Part shown: positions 36,562-45,030 of the stretch, one piece after another
How positions within the stretch are numbered: position 1 is the stretch's first letter
Layout of the letters: every line of letters starts with the position of its first letter
Assembly (NCBI GenBank): GCA_006226565.1
Contig: SBGO01000356.1
Coordinates: 748-64,747, forward strand
DNA from: Deltaproteobacteria bacterium
GTDB taxonomy: Bacteria > Myxococcota_A > UBA9042 > PHBI01
Length of the DNA: 64,000 nt
Direction of reading: 5' to 3'
The notes under the pieces: generated by a model
Told to the model about the DNA's origin: nothing
Database searches by the model: none
The model's input: the letters and a program-made list of their open reading frames with translations, nothing else
Translations under genes and position numbers: made by a program

Positions 36562-37757
36562 CTATTCGGCCGCCGATACGATGAAGGACACGGTTGACGG
36601 TGGTCGCGCGGGTGCCGTGGCGCGGTCGTTCACAAGCTCGGGGGCGGGGCCGACTGCGCGCGGGTGAGCGGCCGCCCAAGGATCGGGAAGCGGCACGTCG
36701 AGCATGGAATCGGGCCAGCGTCGAGTACAGTCGAGCTGCTGGGCAGTGGCGTCCTTCTCGACCCGATAGAGCTTGCCGATGAGCTGGATGGGCCAGGCAG
36801 CGCGCGGCTCGGTGTCCTTGAGCTGGAAGAACTTCCTTCGGGCGTGCGCCCAGCACCCGACCTCTGACGCCGAGGCGACCTTGCCGTTGAAGAGCTGGTC
36901 GAAGGTGTTGCTGGCGTCGGCCTGGACGTAGCCGGTCCGGCCGGCGAAGAAGCCCCATGGCCCGTCCTCGCCGGTCCCGGTCTTCGCGTACTCGAAGACG
37001 GTCCAGCGGCGGTCGCCGACGTAGCACCACATCGTGCCGCGACGAATGCCCTCGGGATGGTCGCGGTCGAGGACCTTCAAGCCGCTCGCGTCAGTCTGGA
37101 CGAGGTGTGCCGCATGGACGCGCTCGGTGATGCGGCGGACGAGCGGCTCGACGAGGTCGGCGACCGCGGCGACCTGGTCGCTGAGCGTGGACACTGGGAT
37201 GTTGACGCCACGGCGCGCGTAGATGCCTTGCAGGCGGTGCAGCGGCAGGTGGTCCATGTACTTTGAGCACAGGAGTCCGGGCTCGGCGAAGCCGCCTGGG
37301 ACGACCTTGTCGGGGCCGGCCGCGGTCGTGACCCCGTCCTTGCAGTGCGGGCAGGCGTACTTGGCGACGATGTGCCGCTTGACGATGAACTGAGCGGGCA
37401 CGAGGTCGAGCGTCTCGCTGACGTCTCGTCGCCGATGTGCTGGAGCGCGCCGTGACAGGCCGTGCATGTGCGCCCGCCGGCGTCGACGTCGTAGCGATGC
37501 TCGTCGCGCGACAGGTGCTCGGGGAGCTTGCGCCGCTTGGGCTTCCACTTCGGCGGGCCCTCGTCGGTCGGCACGACGCTGCCGGTGTCGTCCTCGTCGA
37601 CCGGCACGTCTTCGTCGATAGGCTCGCTGCTCTCGTCGCCGCCGGCCTGAGCCAACATCAGCGAGAGCTGGGCGCTGTCGACCTTCTCGCTACGTCGACC
37701 GGCGTTCGCGCGCCGCTCGATGAGGAAGCGCAGCTCCAGCTCCGTCTCGCGGCCCAT
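36562..37757 (-). pseudogene. IS66-family transposase (TnpC) remnant, frameshifted near 37440-37550 and 3'-truncated
   Basis: N-terminal zinc-finger part in ORF 37077..37757; DDE part (LPLHRLQ, MWCYVG, GCWAHARRKF) in ORF 36562..37548 in another frame. Confidence 0.7.
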
Positions 37758-38089
37758 GGACCGGTGGCGAGCGAGAGCGCGGTCTCGACGACCACTTCGT
37801 CGCGCCCCTCCGAGAGCGCTCCGACGAGCCAGCCCCGCAGCTCGTCCAAGCCCTTCTGCTCTTGGGCGGCGCGGTCAGTCACACCCAGGGTAGAACATCA
37901 TCGTCTCTGCGCGTCAAGAGCTTGGTGGATGCGGGATCCAACGCGGTCTGCGGTGCGTGCCGTGGATGGCGATGCCCTCCACCACCAGGGGCAGCTCCGC
38001 CCAGTCCTCATCGGCCTTCAGCTCCGCCGCAGTCATCATCCACCTCCGGTTCCTACGGACGTGGAAACGTCTCGTACGGCGTTGCGCCG

Positions 38090-39130
38090 TCACACGGGGC
38101 GCGGCGATGACATACGTCGAAGGCGCTCCACCGAAGGGCCAGAGAATTGGTCATTCTCGTACCAAAGGACTCCAAACCCCCGATCGTCGAGCAGGTAGTC
38201 GACCAGCCACTGCAGAGATGGCTTCGCGGAGAGCACGACCCACAACGATGCAGAAACATCGTAAAGGTACCGGTATTCGTGCAGTTGACTCACAGCATGG
38301 CGGATCTGCGCCAACTCATTCTTTTCGTGAATGCTCTTCACCTCGAAGAACGCAATCCCGTCGCCGAGCATGCAGAATGTGTCGACGAGACGGTCTTCAG
38401 CCGGCGCGTGGCCAAGACCATGCAGATAATCCTTGAGGCGCTTCACAGTTTCTTCGTGAATCTCATTCCCGCGTTCACGCAACGCCCTGGCGGCGACCGA
38501 CACGATGTAGGGGTCGTCGTCGTCTTGCTCCTTCTGCCCGGTCGAACGGTTGTGCCCAAGACGCAAGGGTCGAAGCACGAGTCGTTTCGACCGATTGGCT
38601 GGTCTGTCGCCAGGCGCGTCCGCTCCATCGCGACTTGGCTCGTCTGCTCCGTCTTCTTCCAGACGGACGGCACCGTCGGGGAGATGGGGACCCGCCCCGC
38701 TCGGAACCCGGTGAGGATCACGAACGCGACCTTCGTCAATCAGCTTCTGGAATCGAAGTCGCCAGCGGCGAGCATTCTTCCCGCCGACGTTTCTGAGGGC
38801 AACAACGACCTTATCTTCGAGACCTTCATACTCGAAGAGGCGATGGGTGTGTTTGATGAAGTTTGCCCAGTCTCTGCGCTCGAAGAGCTCGACGAGAAGC
38901 TCCTGAGGATCCACACCTAGTTCGCTAGCCCAGGCTTCTCCGTAGTGCTTGATGCTCGAGAGAATCGTAACGATTTCACCATTTGCGCGGAGTCGCGCCA
39001 CAGCATCCGAAAGCTGGAGCCTGACTCCTGATGGTGGTATCGACGAACGACTCGCAAGCGCAAGCGCCTTCTTGAGGTGGTTCTCCTCAAGCAACTCCAA
39101 CACTCTCACTCGGATTTCGTCGCCTGTCAT
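38090..39130 (-). CDS. Hypothetical protein with C-terminal PD-(D/E)xK-like nuclease motif (MLGDGIAFFEVKS)
   Basis: Start MTGDEIRVRVLELL inside ORF 38090..39232. Confidence 0.6.
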   Translation of the reverse strand: MTGDEIRVRVLELLEENHLKKALALASRSSIPPSGVRLQLSDAVARLRANGEIVTILSSIKHYGEAWASELGVDPQELLVELFERRDWANFIKHTHRLFEYEGLEDKVVVALRNVGGKNARRWRLRFQKLIDEGRVRDPHRVPSGAGPHLPDGAVRLEEDGADEPSRDGADAPGDRPANRSKRLVLRPLRLGHNRSTGQKEQDDDDPYIVSVAARALRERGNEIHEETVKRLKDYLHGLGHAPAEDRLVDTFCMLGDGIAFFEVKSIHEKNELAQIRHAVSQLHEYRYLYDVSASLWVVLSAKPSLQWLVDYLLDDRGFGVLWYENDQFSGPSVERLRRMSSPRPV

Positions 39131-39481
39131 AGCGGCCCCACAGCGTCTTGACGGCCAGACTAGAGAACGCCACGGGAAGTAGCAACCATGTCCATCGCGT
39201 GCAAGATGGAACGGGCTGGCGAAGCCCCGCAAGTAGTTACACCTGCTACCTTTCCGCCCGGTGGTGCCATGACGAACGGCGGTGACGGCGTTCGCGCGGT
39301 GCCGGGGGCCACGACAACGCCCTGGCAGAGACCACCGCCGGCTTCTACGAGGCTGAACTCATCCGCAAGAGGAGCCCCAGGGAGAGCGTCGAGGCCGTCG
39401 AGTCGGCGACCATCGACTGGGTCCACTGGTTCAACTGCACAGGCTGATGGAGCCTCTCGGGTATGTTCCCCCGGCTGAGTG

Positions 39482-39682
39482 CTACTTGCTGTCCCCGGTG
39501 TCAAACTCGTCGAACCTGAGGTACTTCGCGGCGTCGGCCGCGAGGAGCAGGATCTCGGCGACCTCTTCGTCGGTCATCTCATCCGGGGGCGCGTCGGTCG
39601 CGGGCCCGCGGCCGCAGACTCGGCAGACGCCGTCCGTGGTCGTGGTCAGGCGATCGAGTCTCTTGCGGTCAGCGCTTCGCAT
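39482..39682 (-). CDS. Hypothetical small protein (66 aa, contains CRVCGRG)
   Basis: ATG MRSADRKRLDR with GGAGGA 4 nt upstream; overlaps end of preceding small gene. Confidence 0.4.
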   Translation of the reverse strand: MRSADRKRLDRLTTTTDGVCRVCGRGPATDAPPDEMTDEEVAEILLLAADAAKYLRFDEFDTGDSK

Positions 39683-39971
39683 GGGGTCCTCCAGCGGTTG
39701 TCGTATCTCGGCTCTCGAGTGCGGCCTCCAGGGCGTCGAGGCGGTCGGCGATCTCGGCGATGTCATGTGCGCGCAAGGCGACGGAGGCGAGTTGGCCGAC
39801 GCAGTTCGCGATCTTGTGGCTCAGCTTGCCGGCCAGCACGTAGCGCGCCATGCGGTGCAGCGACACAGCGACGAGCTTCGGATCGTCCAGGCGGATGCCT
39901 CGCAACTGGCCGGCCGAGAGCACGCGCTCGTCGAGGGGGGGAGGGGGCTCGGGTTTCTCGCGTTGATTCAT
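39669..39971 (-). CDS. Hypothetical small protein (100 aa)
   Basis: GGAGGA upstream; GC3 bias. Confidence 0.4.
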   Translation of the reverse strand: MNQREKPEPPPPLDERVLSAGQLRGIRLDDPKLVAVSLHRMARYVLAGKLSHKIANCVGQLASVALRAHDIAEIADRLDALEAALESRDTTTAGGPHAKR

Positions 39972-40014
39972 GGGCTTGTCATCCTCCGGGCGGCCGGTTT
40001 TCGACCGACTACAG

Positions 40015-40246
40015 TCACCGAGAGCTCCGTGCGACGTACGCGTCGAGGTCGCCTCCGCGGACGCGGATGCTGTTGCTGACGCGCACGCTCGGGAGGTCGC
40101 CGTCCTTCACGAGGCGGTAGACCGTCGCCCGGGAGACCTTGAGCCGATTTGCGACCTCGGCGACGGTCAGGAGGCTCCGTGCTCGGTCATGGACGACGCG
40201 GAGGCCCGACGCATGGGCCGCTCCTGCCCGCCGGCGTGTCTCCAAA
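40015..40246 (-). CDS. xis: Excisionase-family HTH DNA-binding protein (LLTVAEVANRLKVSRATVYRLVKDGDLPSVRV...DLDAYV); start uncertain (TTG/GTG)
   Basis: Strong match to excisionase-family HTH pattern; ORF-track N-terminus is just translated att/tRNA repeat. Confidence 0.55.
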
Positions 40247-40371
40247 TGGTCTCCAAAACCGTTCCCACGAGTCGGGAGATCTGGGACGGACTGGGATCTG
40301 CGGCCTCGCTCAACCTGTTGATTTCGCACGATCTGGGACAGGCTGGGACGGGCTGGTGATGGCGTTGAAGC

Positions 40372-40418
40372 GCCTCCGGAGCCGAAGGCCACAGGTTCGA
40401 ATCCTGTACCGCGCACCA
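40372..40418 (+). repeat. attR: 47-nt tRNA-Arg 3' fragment (direct repeat of 5120..5166)
   Basis: Exact identity read in sequence. Confidence 0.75.
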
Positions 40419-40419
40419 A

Positions 40420-40460
40420 GAAGCCGGCCCGACCAAGCGTCGAGCCGGCTTCTTCCGTTT
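40420..40460 (+). terminator. Hairpin GAAGCCGGC-15 nt-GCCGGCTTC followed by TTCCGTTT (likely original tRNA terminator)
   Basis: Perfect 9-bp inverted repeat immediately after attR. Confidence 0.4.
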
Positions 40461-40501
40461 GGGGCCGCTCGGAGCCAGCGGTTCTGCAATCGCCTGCGGA
40501 G

Positions 40502-41104
40502 CTACCTCGGCAGGCCCGCGGGAAGGTGTAGGGCCGCGAGCACCTCGGTCACGATGGCGTCCGGGGGCAGCTGGCCGTCGACCGGGAGGAAGCGCCCGGC
40601 CACGGAAAGAGGCGCGCGGCTCTGGTACTCGGCGAGGAGGCGGGTATCGGCGCGTTCGTCCAGCGTTTCGCGGTCGGCCGACGAGATTCCCCGCTGGGCG
40701 AGGCGCGCACGTCGAACGGGCAGCGGAACGTCGAGGAACACGGTCAGGTCCGCCGGGTGAAGGTGACGCCCGACGGCATCGAGCTCGAGCACCGTGCCGC
40801 GGAAGGCCGCGTACGCCTGCGTAGACAAGAAGTATCGGTCCACCACGACCGACCGGCCGGCGCTCACGAGGCTGGCGACTTGTGTCGAGGCGTCGAACAC
40901 CGTGGAGAGGTAGAAGAGCTGCGCCGCCTCCTGGTTGCCGGCGAAGCTCGCGATGAGGTCGTCGCGATAGGCGCGTACGGCGGGCGAGGGCGTGGTCAGG
41001 AAGACGGCGTCGAGCTGGTCGGCCACGAGCTGGGCGCAGGTGCTCTTGCCCGAGCCGTCGAGACCCTCAAATACGACGAAGACAGGGGGATGAGTTCCGT
41101 TCAT
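40502..41104 (-). CDS. tmk: Thymidylate (dTMP) kinase-family protein
   Basis: Start MNGTHPPVFVVFEGLDGSGKST (P-loop), DRYFLSTQAY motif; ATGA overlap with upstream radical SAM gene. Confidence 0.8.
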   Translation of the reverse strand: MNGTHPPVFVVFEGLDGSGKSTCAQLVADQLDAVFLTTPSPAVRAYRDDLIASFAGNQEAAQLFYLSTVFDASTQVASLVSAGRSVVVDRYFLSTQAYAAFRGTVLELDAVGRHLHPADLTVFLDVPLPVRRARLAQRGISSADRETLDERADTRLLAEYQSRAPLSVAGRFLPVDGQLPPDAIVTEVLAALHLPAGLPR

Positions 41105-42444
41105 GCGACCTCCTTTTCGGGGTCCGGTTGGAAGCGAGAGATGGAAGGCTCGAGCCCCTCGGCGAGCCGTTTGAGGTCGCCGAGAGAGGCCGGATGGCGC
41201 CCTTCCGTGACCTTGAGCGCCTCCGAGAGCTGCGCCATCGCGCGCCACGCGGCGTAGTCGAAGGTCTTGGAGGACACGACCATCGGCATGTCGCCGCCGG
41301 AGTCGCGGAGCCCCCAGCGGCTGCGGTCGCGGTCCACCGCGGTCCCGCGGAGCAGCAAGAGTGGGAAGGCCTTGATGACGGGAACCCGCCGCTCGAGGCA
41401 CCAGCTCACGCTCGCCTCGAAGGACGCCAGGGTCTGCTCCGGGAGCCCGAAGATGAGGGAGACCTCGTGGGGCAGGTCGTGCCGTCGAACCTCCGACAAC
41501 GCGCGGTCGACCCCGGGCAGATTGTTGTTGCGGTGGATAGCGCGGCTCTCCGTCAGGTGAATCGTCTGCAGGCCGAGCTCGAGGCGGACATTCAAGCGCG
41601 CCGCGGCGTCGAGGAACGGTGGAGTGATTGCCTCCGCTCGGCACTGCAGCGACAGGCGTCCCGCGAACCCGCGCGCACCGAACCGCTCGAGGACGGCCGT
41701 GGCGTGCGGGGCCATGTTGAAGATGGGGTCGAGGACGGCGATGTCGTCGACCCCGTGGTCGCAGAAGAGGTCGATCTCGGCCTCGATGCGCGAAAGGGCG
41801 AGCTCACGGCTGCGGAGGCGCGCTCCGGCCTCCTTGTGCTGACAGAAGGAGCATCGGAAGGGGCATCCACGCTGGGTCTCCCAGCGGACGAACTTCTGGC
41901 CCGTGAGCGGGATGAGCCCCGTGAGCCACGGAGAGGACAGGCACTCGAGGTCTACGTCGGCGCGGGAGGTCGTGTCCCGCGACCCAGCCCAGTGAACCCC
42001 CGCGATTCGCTGCCGGTCGGGCGACCGGACAATCGCTCGTAGCGCCTCCTCACCGTACCCGCGCACGAAGGCGTCGGCCTCCGGGTAGAGGGCCTCGAGG
42101 CCGGGGCCAGCGTAGGACACCTGCGGCCCGCCGAGGATGATGCGACCACCGAAGCCGCGCCGCCGGAGCTCGGCGAGCGTTCCGCGCAGCAGAGATTCGT
42201 TCCAGACGTAGGCCCCGAAGGCGACGTCGATGTCCGCAGCGCGAAGCGCTCCGGCTTCCGCTTGGATGAGGTCGGCGAGCACGTCAGGGCGACCGCCACG
42301 TCCGTTCACCGGAGCCACCACGCTCCGCACGTCGATGTCGGGCTCCGCGGCGAGCGTCGCGACGATGGAGGCGTGTCCGAGGGGCACGCGCGGGTCCTTG
42401 TCGCGGCTCCAGTTCATCGCCACGACGACGACTCGACGCGTCAT
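41101..42444 (-). CDS. B12-binding-domain radical SAM protein (class B; CPFRCSFCQ cluster)
   Basis: Start MTRRVVVVAMNW at 42444; CxxxCxxC motif and N-terminal B12-binding-like region. Confidence 0.8.
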   Translation of the reverse strand: MTRRVVVVAMNWSRDKDPRVPLGHASIVATLAAEPDIDVRSVVAPVNGRGGRPDVLADLIQAEAGALRAADIDVAFGAYVWNESLLRGTLAELRRRGFGGRIILGGPQVSYAGPGLEALYPEADAFVRGYGEEALRAIVRSPDRQRIAGVHWAGSRDTTSRADVDLECLSSPWLTGLIPLTGQKFVRWETQRGCPFRCSFCQHKEAGARLRSRELALSRIEAEIDLFCDHGVDDIAVLDPIFNMAPHATAVLERFGARGFAGRLSLQCRAEAITPPFLDAAARLNVRLELGLQTIHLTESRAIHRNNNLPGVDRALSEVRRHDLPHEVSLIFGLPEQTLASFEASVSWCLERRVPVIKAFPLLLLRGTAVDRDRSRWGLRDSGGDMPMVVSSKTFDYAAWRAMAQLSEALKVTEGRHPASLGDLKRLAEGLEPSISRFQPDPEKEVA

Positions 42445-42712
42445 CGACCACCTCCGCGAGGCCCGCAGGCCGTCGCGCGCCTGCGAGGTTCCACGTTCGA
42501 GCTGACCGTCGTGCCCTGCTCCATGCTCCACCTCCGCGTGTGTGGAGGAGACGGCGGCGGCCGCGCCAAGCGGACAGTGTTTCGTCCGGCGCGCATCAAA
42601 CTGGCTGGTCGGTGCGCCGATGGGACGAAGCTGGCCTACGAGCTGGCTCGACGGCTTGTGGGCCTCGGGGCCCCGGTGTAGCGTCGCATCGGACGGAGAC
42701 ACGAGGCCGCAG

Positions 42713-43435
42713 GTGAACCGGACAGCCCGAGACGAGGTGTTGCGCATCCTCCAGTCGCAGCTCGCCTGGTTGGAGGCCAGCTGCAGGAAGCGGATGGGCG
42801 CCGACCGCTGGGCGGACGTCTACCAGAGCGTGCTCGTCGGCTTCCTCGAGCGCCTGGAGCGCGGCTGGTTCGAGCAGGCTCCGACGGTCAGTCGCGAGGC
42901 CCAGGTCCGCAACCTCTTGAACAACCTTCTCCGCAACAAGGGCGACTGGCGCCGGCAGGAGGCGGCGAAGGACGAGCTCGACGAAGGGCGGCACGCCGTC
43001 GACGCCGAGAGCCCCGAGCAAGTCGCGACGCGGAGGGACGCCTGGCGCCGGCTCCAGTCGCTGCCGGACGAGGTACGAAAGCACACGAACGCGACACGAG
43101 CCATCTGCGTGTTGACCCACTACACGCCAGAGGCCGTGACGACGAAGGACCTCGAATCTGCAGCGGCGCACACGGCGGGCGGTGCGCGCATGCCGACGCG
43201 GCCCGTGACGGAGGCCCGTGAGCTCCTCGATGAGGCCCTCCCTCGGTACGACGAGGGCCTACCGGATGCGGACTGGAAGCGCGTCGTCGCGGAGATCCTC
43301 CGCGGGACCGGCCCGATGGGGAGCACCGCCGCGGACGAGCTCGCGAAGTTCGTGGACTCCTACTCGCGCACCCTCCGGCGCGGGCTCAAGGACCTCGCCG
43401 AGACCCTCTCCGCGGACCCGGAGGACTGGTCATGA
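42713..43435 (+). CDS. Sigma-70/ECF-like protein (tentative), first gene of 4-gene operon
   Basis: Region-2-like ADVYQSVLVGFLERLERG...RNLLNNLLRNKGDWRR; GTG start inferred. Confidence 0.45.
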   Translation: MNRTARDEVLRILQSQLAWLEASCRKRMGADRWADVYQSVLVGFLERLERGWFEQAPTVSREAQVRNLLNNLLRNKGDWRRQEAAKDELDEGRHAVDAESPEQVATRRDAWRRLQSLPDEVRKHTNATRAICVLTHYTPEAVTTKDLESAAAHTAGGARMPTRPVTEARELLDEALPRYDEGLPDADWKRVVAEILRGTGPMGSTAADELAKFVDSYSRTLRRGLKDLAETLSADPEDWS

Positions 43436-44001
43436 GCGGTCGTGGTGAGCTGCGATTCGTGCCCATGTTCTCCGATCCGCGACGAGGCAGCGCAGGGCTC
43501 ATCTACCACACTGTGAAGCACTTCCTGTCGGACGAGGAGCGCTGGCACGAGCTCCAGCCCCGCGACGCCGCTCGTCCGGAGCCGACGATAGAGCGCCTCG
43601 TCGCGGCTGGAGCGCGCCGCGCGTCGCTCGCGCTGAAGGACCCCGAAGAGGCACGAGAAGATTGGTGGAAGGCGCCGTTTCGTGGCGCCTTGGAGCACGC
43701 GCACGAGCATGGGTACAAGCCCCGCTACCTGCGTCTGGCTCGACGGGCCGGTGACCCCGCGTCCAGTGCGTCCAAGTGGCGGCGCGAGGCGCAGGGGAAG
43801 CTCCTCGCGGAAGTCGATGGCTACAAGGTCTGCCTCGGCCGTGACCATCTCGTGCTGAGCGCCTATCGCAGCTACGTCACCCCAGAGGGCTCTCACGAGC
43901 CGCTCAGGGAAAATCCCTTCGCGAACAGTCCGGTTCTGAAGCGAATCGCGTCTTCACTGCTGGATGGAGCGTCGCGCTCCAACACGGAAGGTGCCCCATG
44001 A
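43432..44001 (+). CDS. Hypothetical protein (189 aa)
   Basis: ATGA overlap with neighbours; GC3 bias. Confidence 0.55.
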   Translation: MSGRGELRFVPMFSDPRRGSAGLIYHTVKHFLSDEERWHELQPRDAARPEPTIERLVAAGARRASLALKDPEEAREDWWKAPFRGALEHAHEHGYKPRYLRLARRAGDPASSASKWRREAQGKLLAEVDGYKVCLGRDHLVLSAYRSYVTPEGSHEPLRENPFANSPVLKRIASSLLDGASRSNTEGAP

Positions 44002-45029
44002 CCGCTGACATCGTCGAGCGAGCCCGGCTTCTCGGACAGGAGCTCGCCGACGCGGCCGGAGACCTGGAGAGGACGGGTTCCGCGCGAGCCGCCGTCGTCC
44101 TGTTGGATCGTCGCCGACGCTGCGCGCGCTACCCGGCCGAGATCCTCGAGGCCGCCGGGCTCACGGAGGCGGTCCTGCTCGCGAGCGAGCTCTCGCCAGC
44201 GAGCCTCGCGGAGATGGGGCGCCTGGCCGCGGAGTCCCTCGACCTGTCTGGGCTCGTCAATCGCTTCGCGCGCGTCGCGGACGGCGCGCTCGACACCCCG
44301 ACCGATTGCGGGCTGGACTTGTTGCTCGTGGCGGAGCTCGCAGACGATCTCCCGCTTCGAGCGCGAACGGAATGCTACACGACCGTCAGCGATTCCCTGT
44401 CGTGGGTCGACTCACATCCCCATCGCTTCCTGACCCTCCCGGAGCTGGCGTCCGACCGGTGTGACCTCGAGCTCGCCGACCAGGGCGGCGAGCTCGTCGT
44501 TCGCGTGCTCGATGCATTCTCGAACGTCGCCGCCTCCGCCATCGAGGTTCGAGAGATCGAAGACCTGGCCGCACGCGACGGCGTCTCGAACGGGGCGCAG
44601 GCGATGTTCGACGCGTTGGTCTCGCGTCCAAGGACGCGCCCCGCGCTGGCCAAGTGGGCCGATTTCCTGCGGGACCGCTGCGCCGATCTCGCGGGGTGGC
44701 TCGGGAGCCTCGCCGACGCCCCGGAGCCGGCCCTCGCCGACGACGGCGCCGAGGGGCCACTCCTGCCGCCCGCCGTCCTCTACTCGGGCGCCGAATTCGA
44801 GGTGCTCCTCGCATACGATGCGGGCAGGCTCCGTATCGAGCTGCACGGGGAACGGGTCGCCCTGCCATACCGCGTCAGGCTCGATGACGCGCAGCTGGCC
44901 AGGCTGCCGTTGACCGAGGACGTCCCGGGGCTGCGAGCGGCGTGGGAGCTTCCGGCCACGCCGCCCGCGGGCTGGACGCACCTGTGGCTCGAGTCGGACG
45001 ACGGCGTGACCGACATCGCGATGCCTTGA
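43998..45029 (+). CDS. Hypothetical protein (343 aa)
   Basis: ATGA overlap; GC3 bias. Confidence 0.55.
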   Translation: MTADIVERARLLGQELADAAGDLERTGSARAAVVLLDRRRRCARYPAEILEAAGLTEAVLLASELSPASLAEMGRLAAESLDLSGLVNRFARVADGALDTPTDCGLDLLLVAELADDLPLRARTECYTTVSDSLSWVDSHPHRFLTLPELASDRCDLELADQGGELVVRVLDAFSNVAASAIEVREIEDLAARDGVSNGAQAMFDALVSRPRTRPALAKWADFLRDRCADLAGWLGSLADAPEPALADDGAEGPLLPPAVLYSGAEFEVLLAYDAGRLRIELHGERVALPYRVRLDDAQLARLPLTEDVPGLRAAWELPATPPAGWTHLWLESDDGVTDIAMP

Positions 45030-45030
45030 G

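Larger units (their letters stand above)
5090..40418. mobile_element. tRNA-Arg-integrated genomic island (~35 kb) carrying integrase, Xis/AlpA, primase/DUF927 replication module and phage-defence cargo
   Basis: 47-nt direct repeats; integrase adjacent to tRNA; replication and defence cargo; lower GC3 in cargo genes. Confidence 0.7.

Noticed and set aside
36392-37030. 212-aa ORF 36392..37030 (-) as a possible continuation of the IS66 transposase
   Set aside because: The translation (Arg/Pro-rich) does not resemble the IS66 C-terminal region. It is probably a spurious frame over the truncated 3' end.
40372-40418. Possible second tRNA gene
   Set aside because: Only the 3' 47 nt (anticodon loop to CCA) of tRNA-Arg are present with no 5' half. 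It is interpreted as the attR remnant, not a functional tRNA.
40247-40419. N-terminal extension of the xis-like ORF (MVRGTGFEPVAFGSGG...)
   Set aside because: The first codons are simply the antisense translation of the tRNA repeat. The GC3 bias is poor until the HTH region, so a downstream TTG/GTG start is more plausible.
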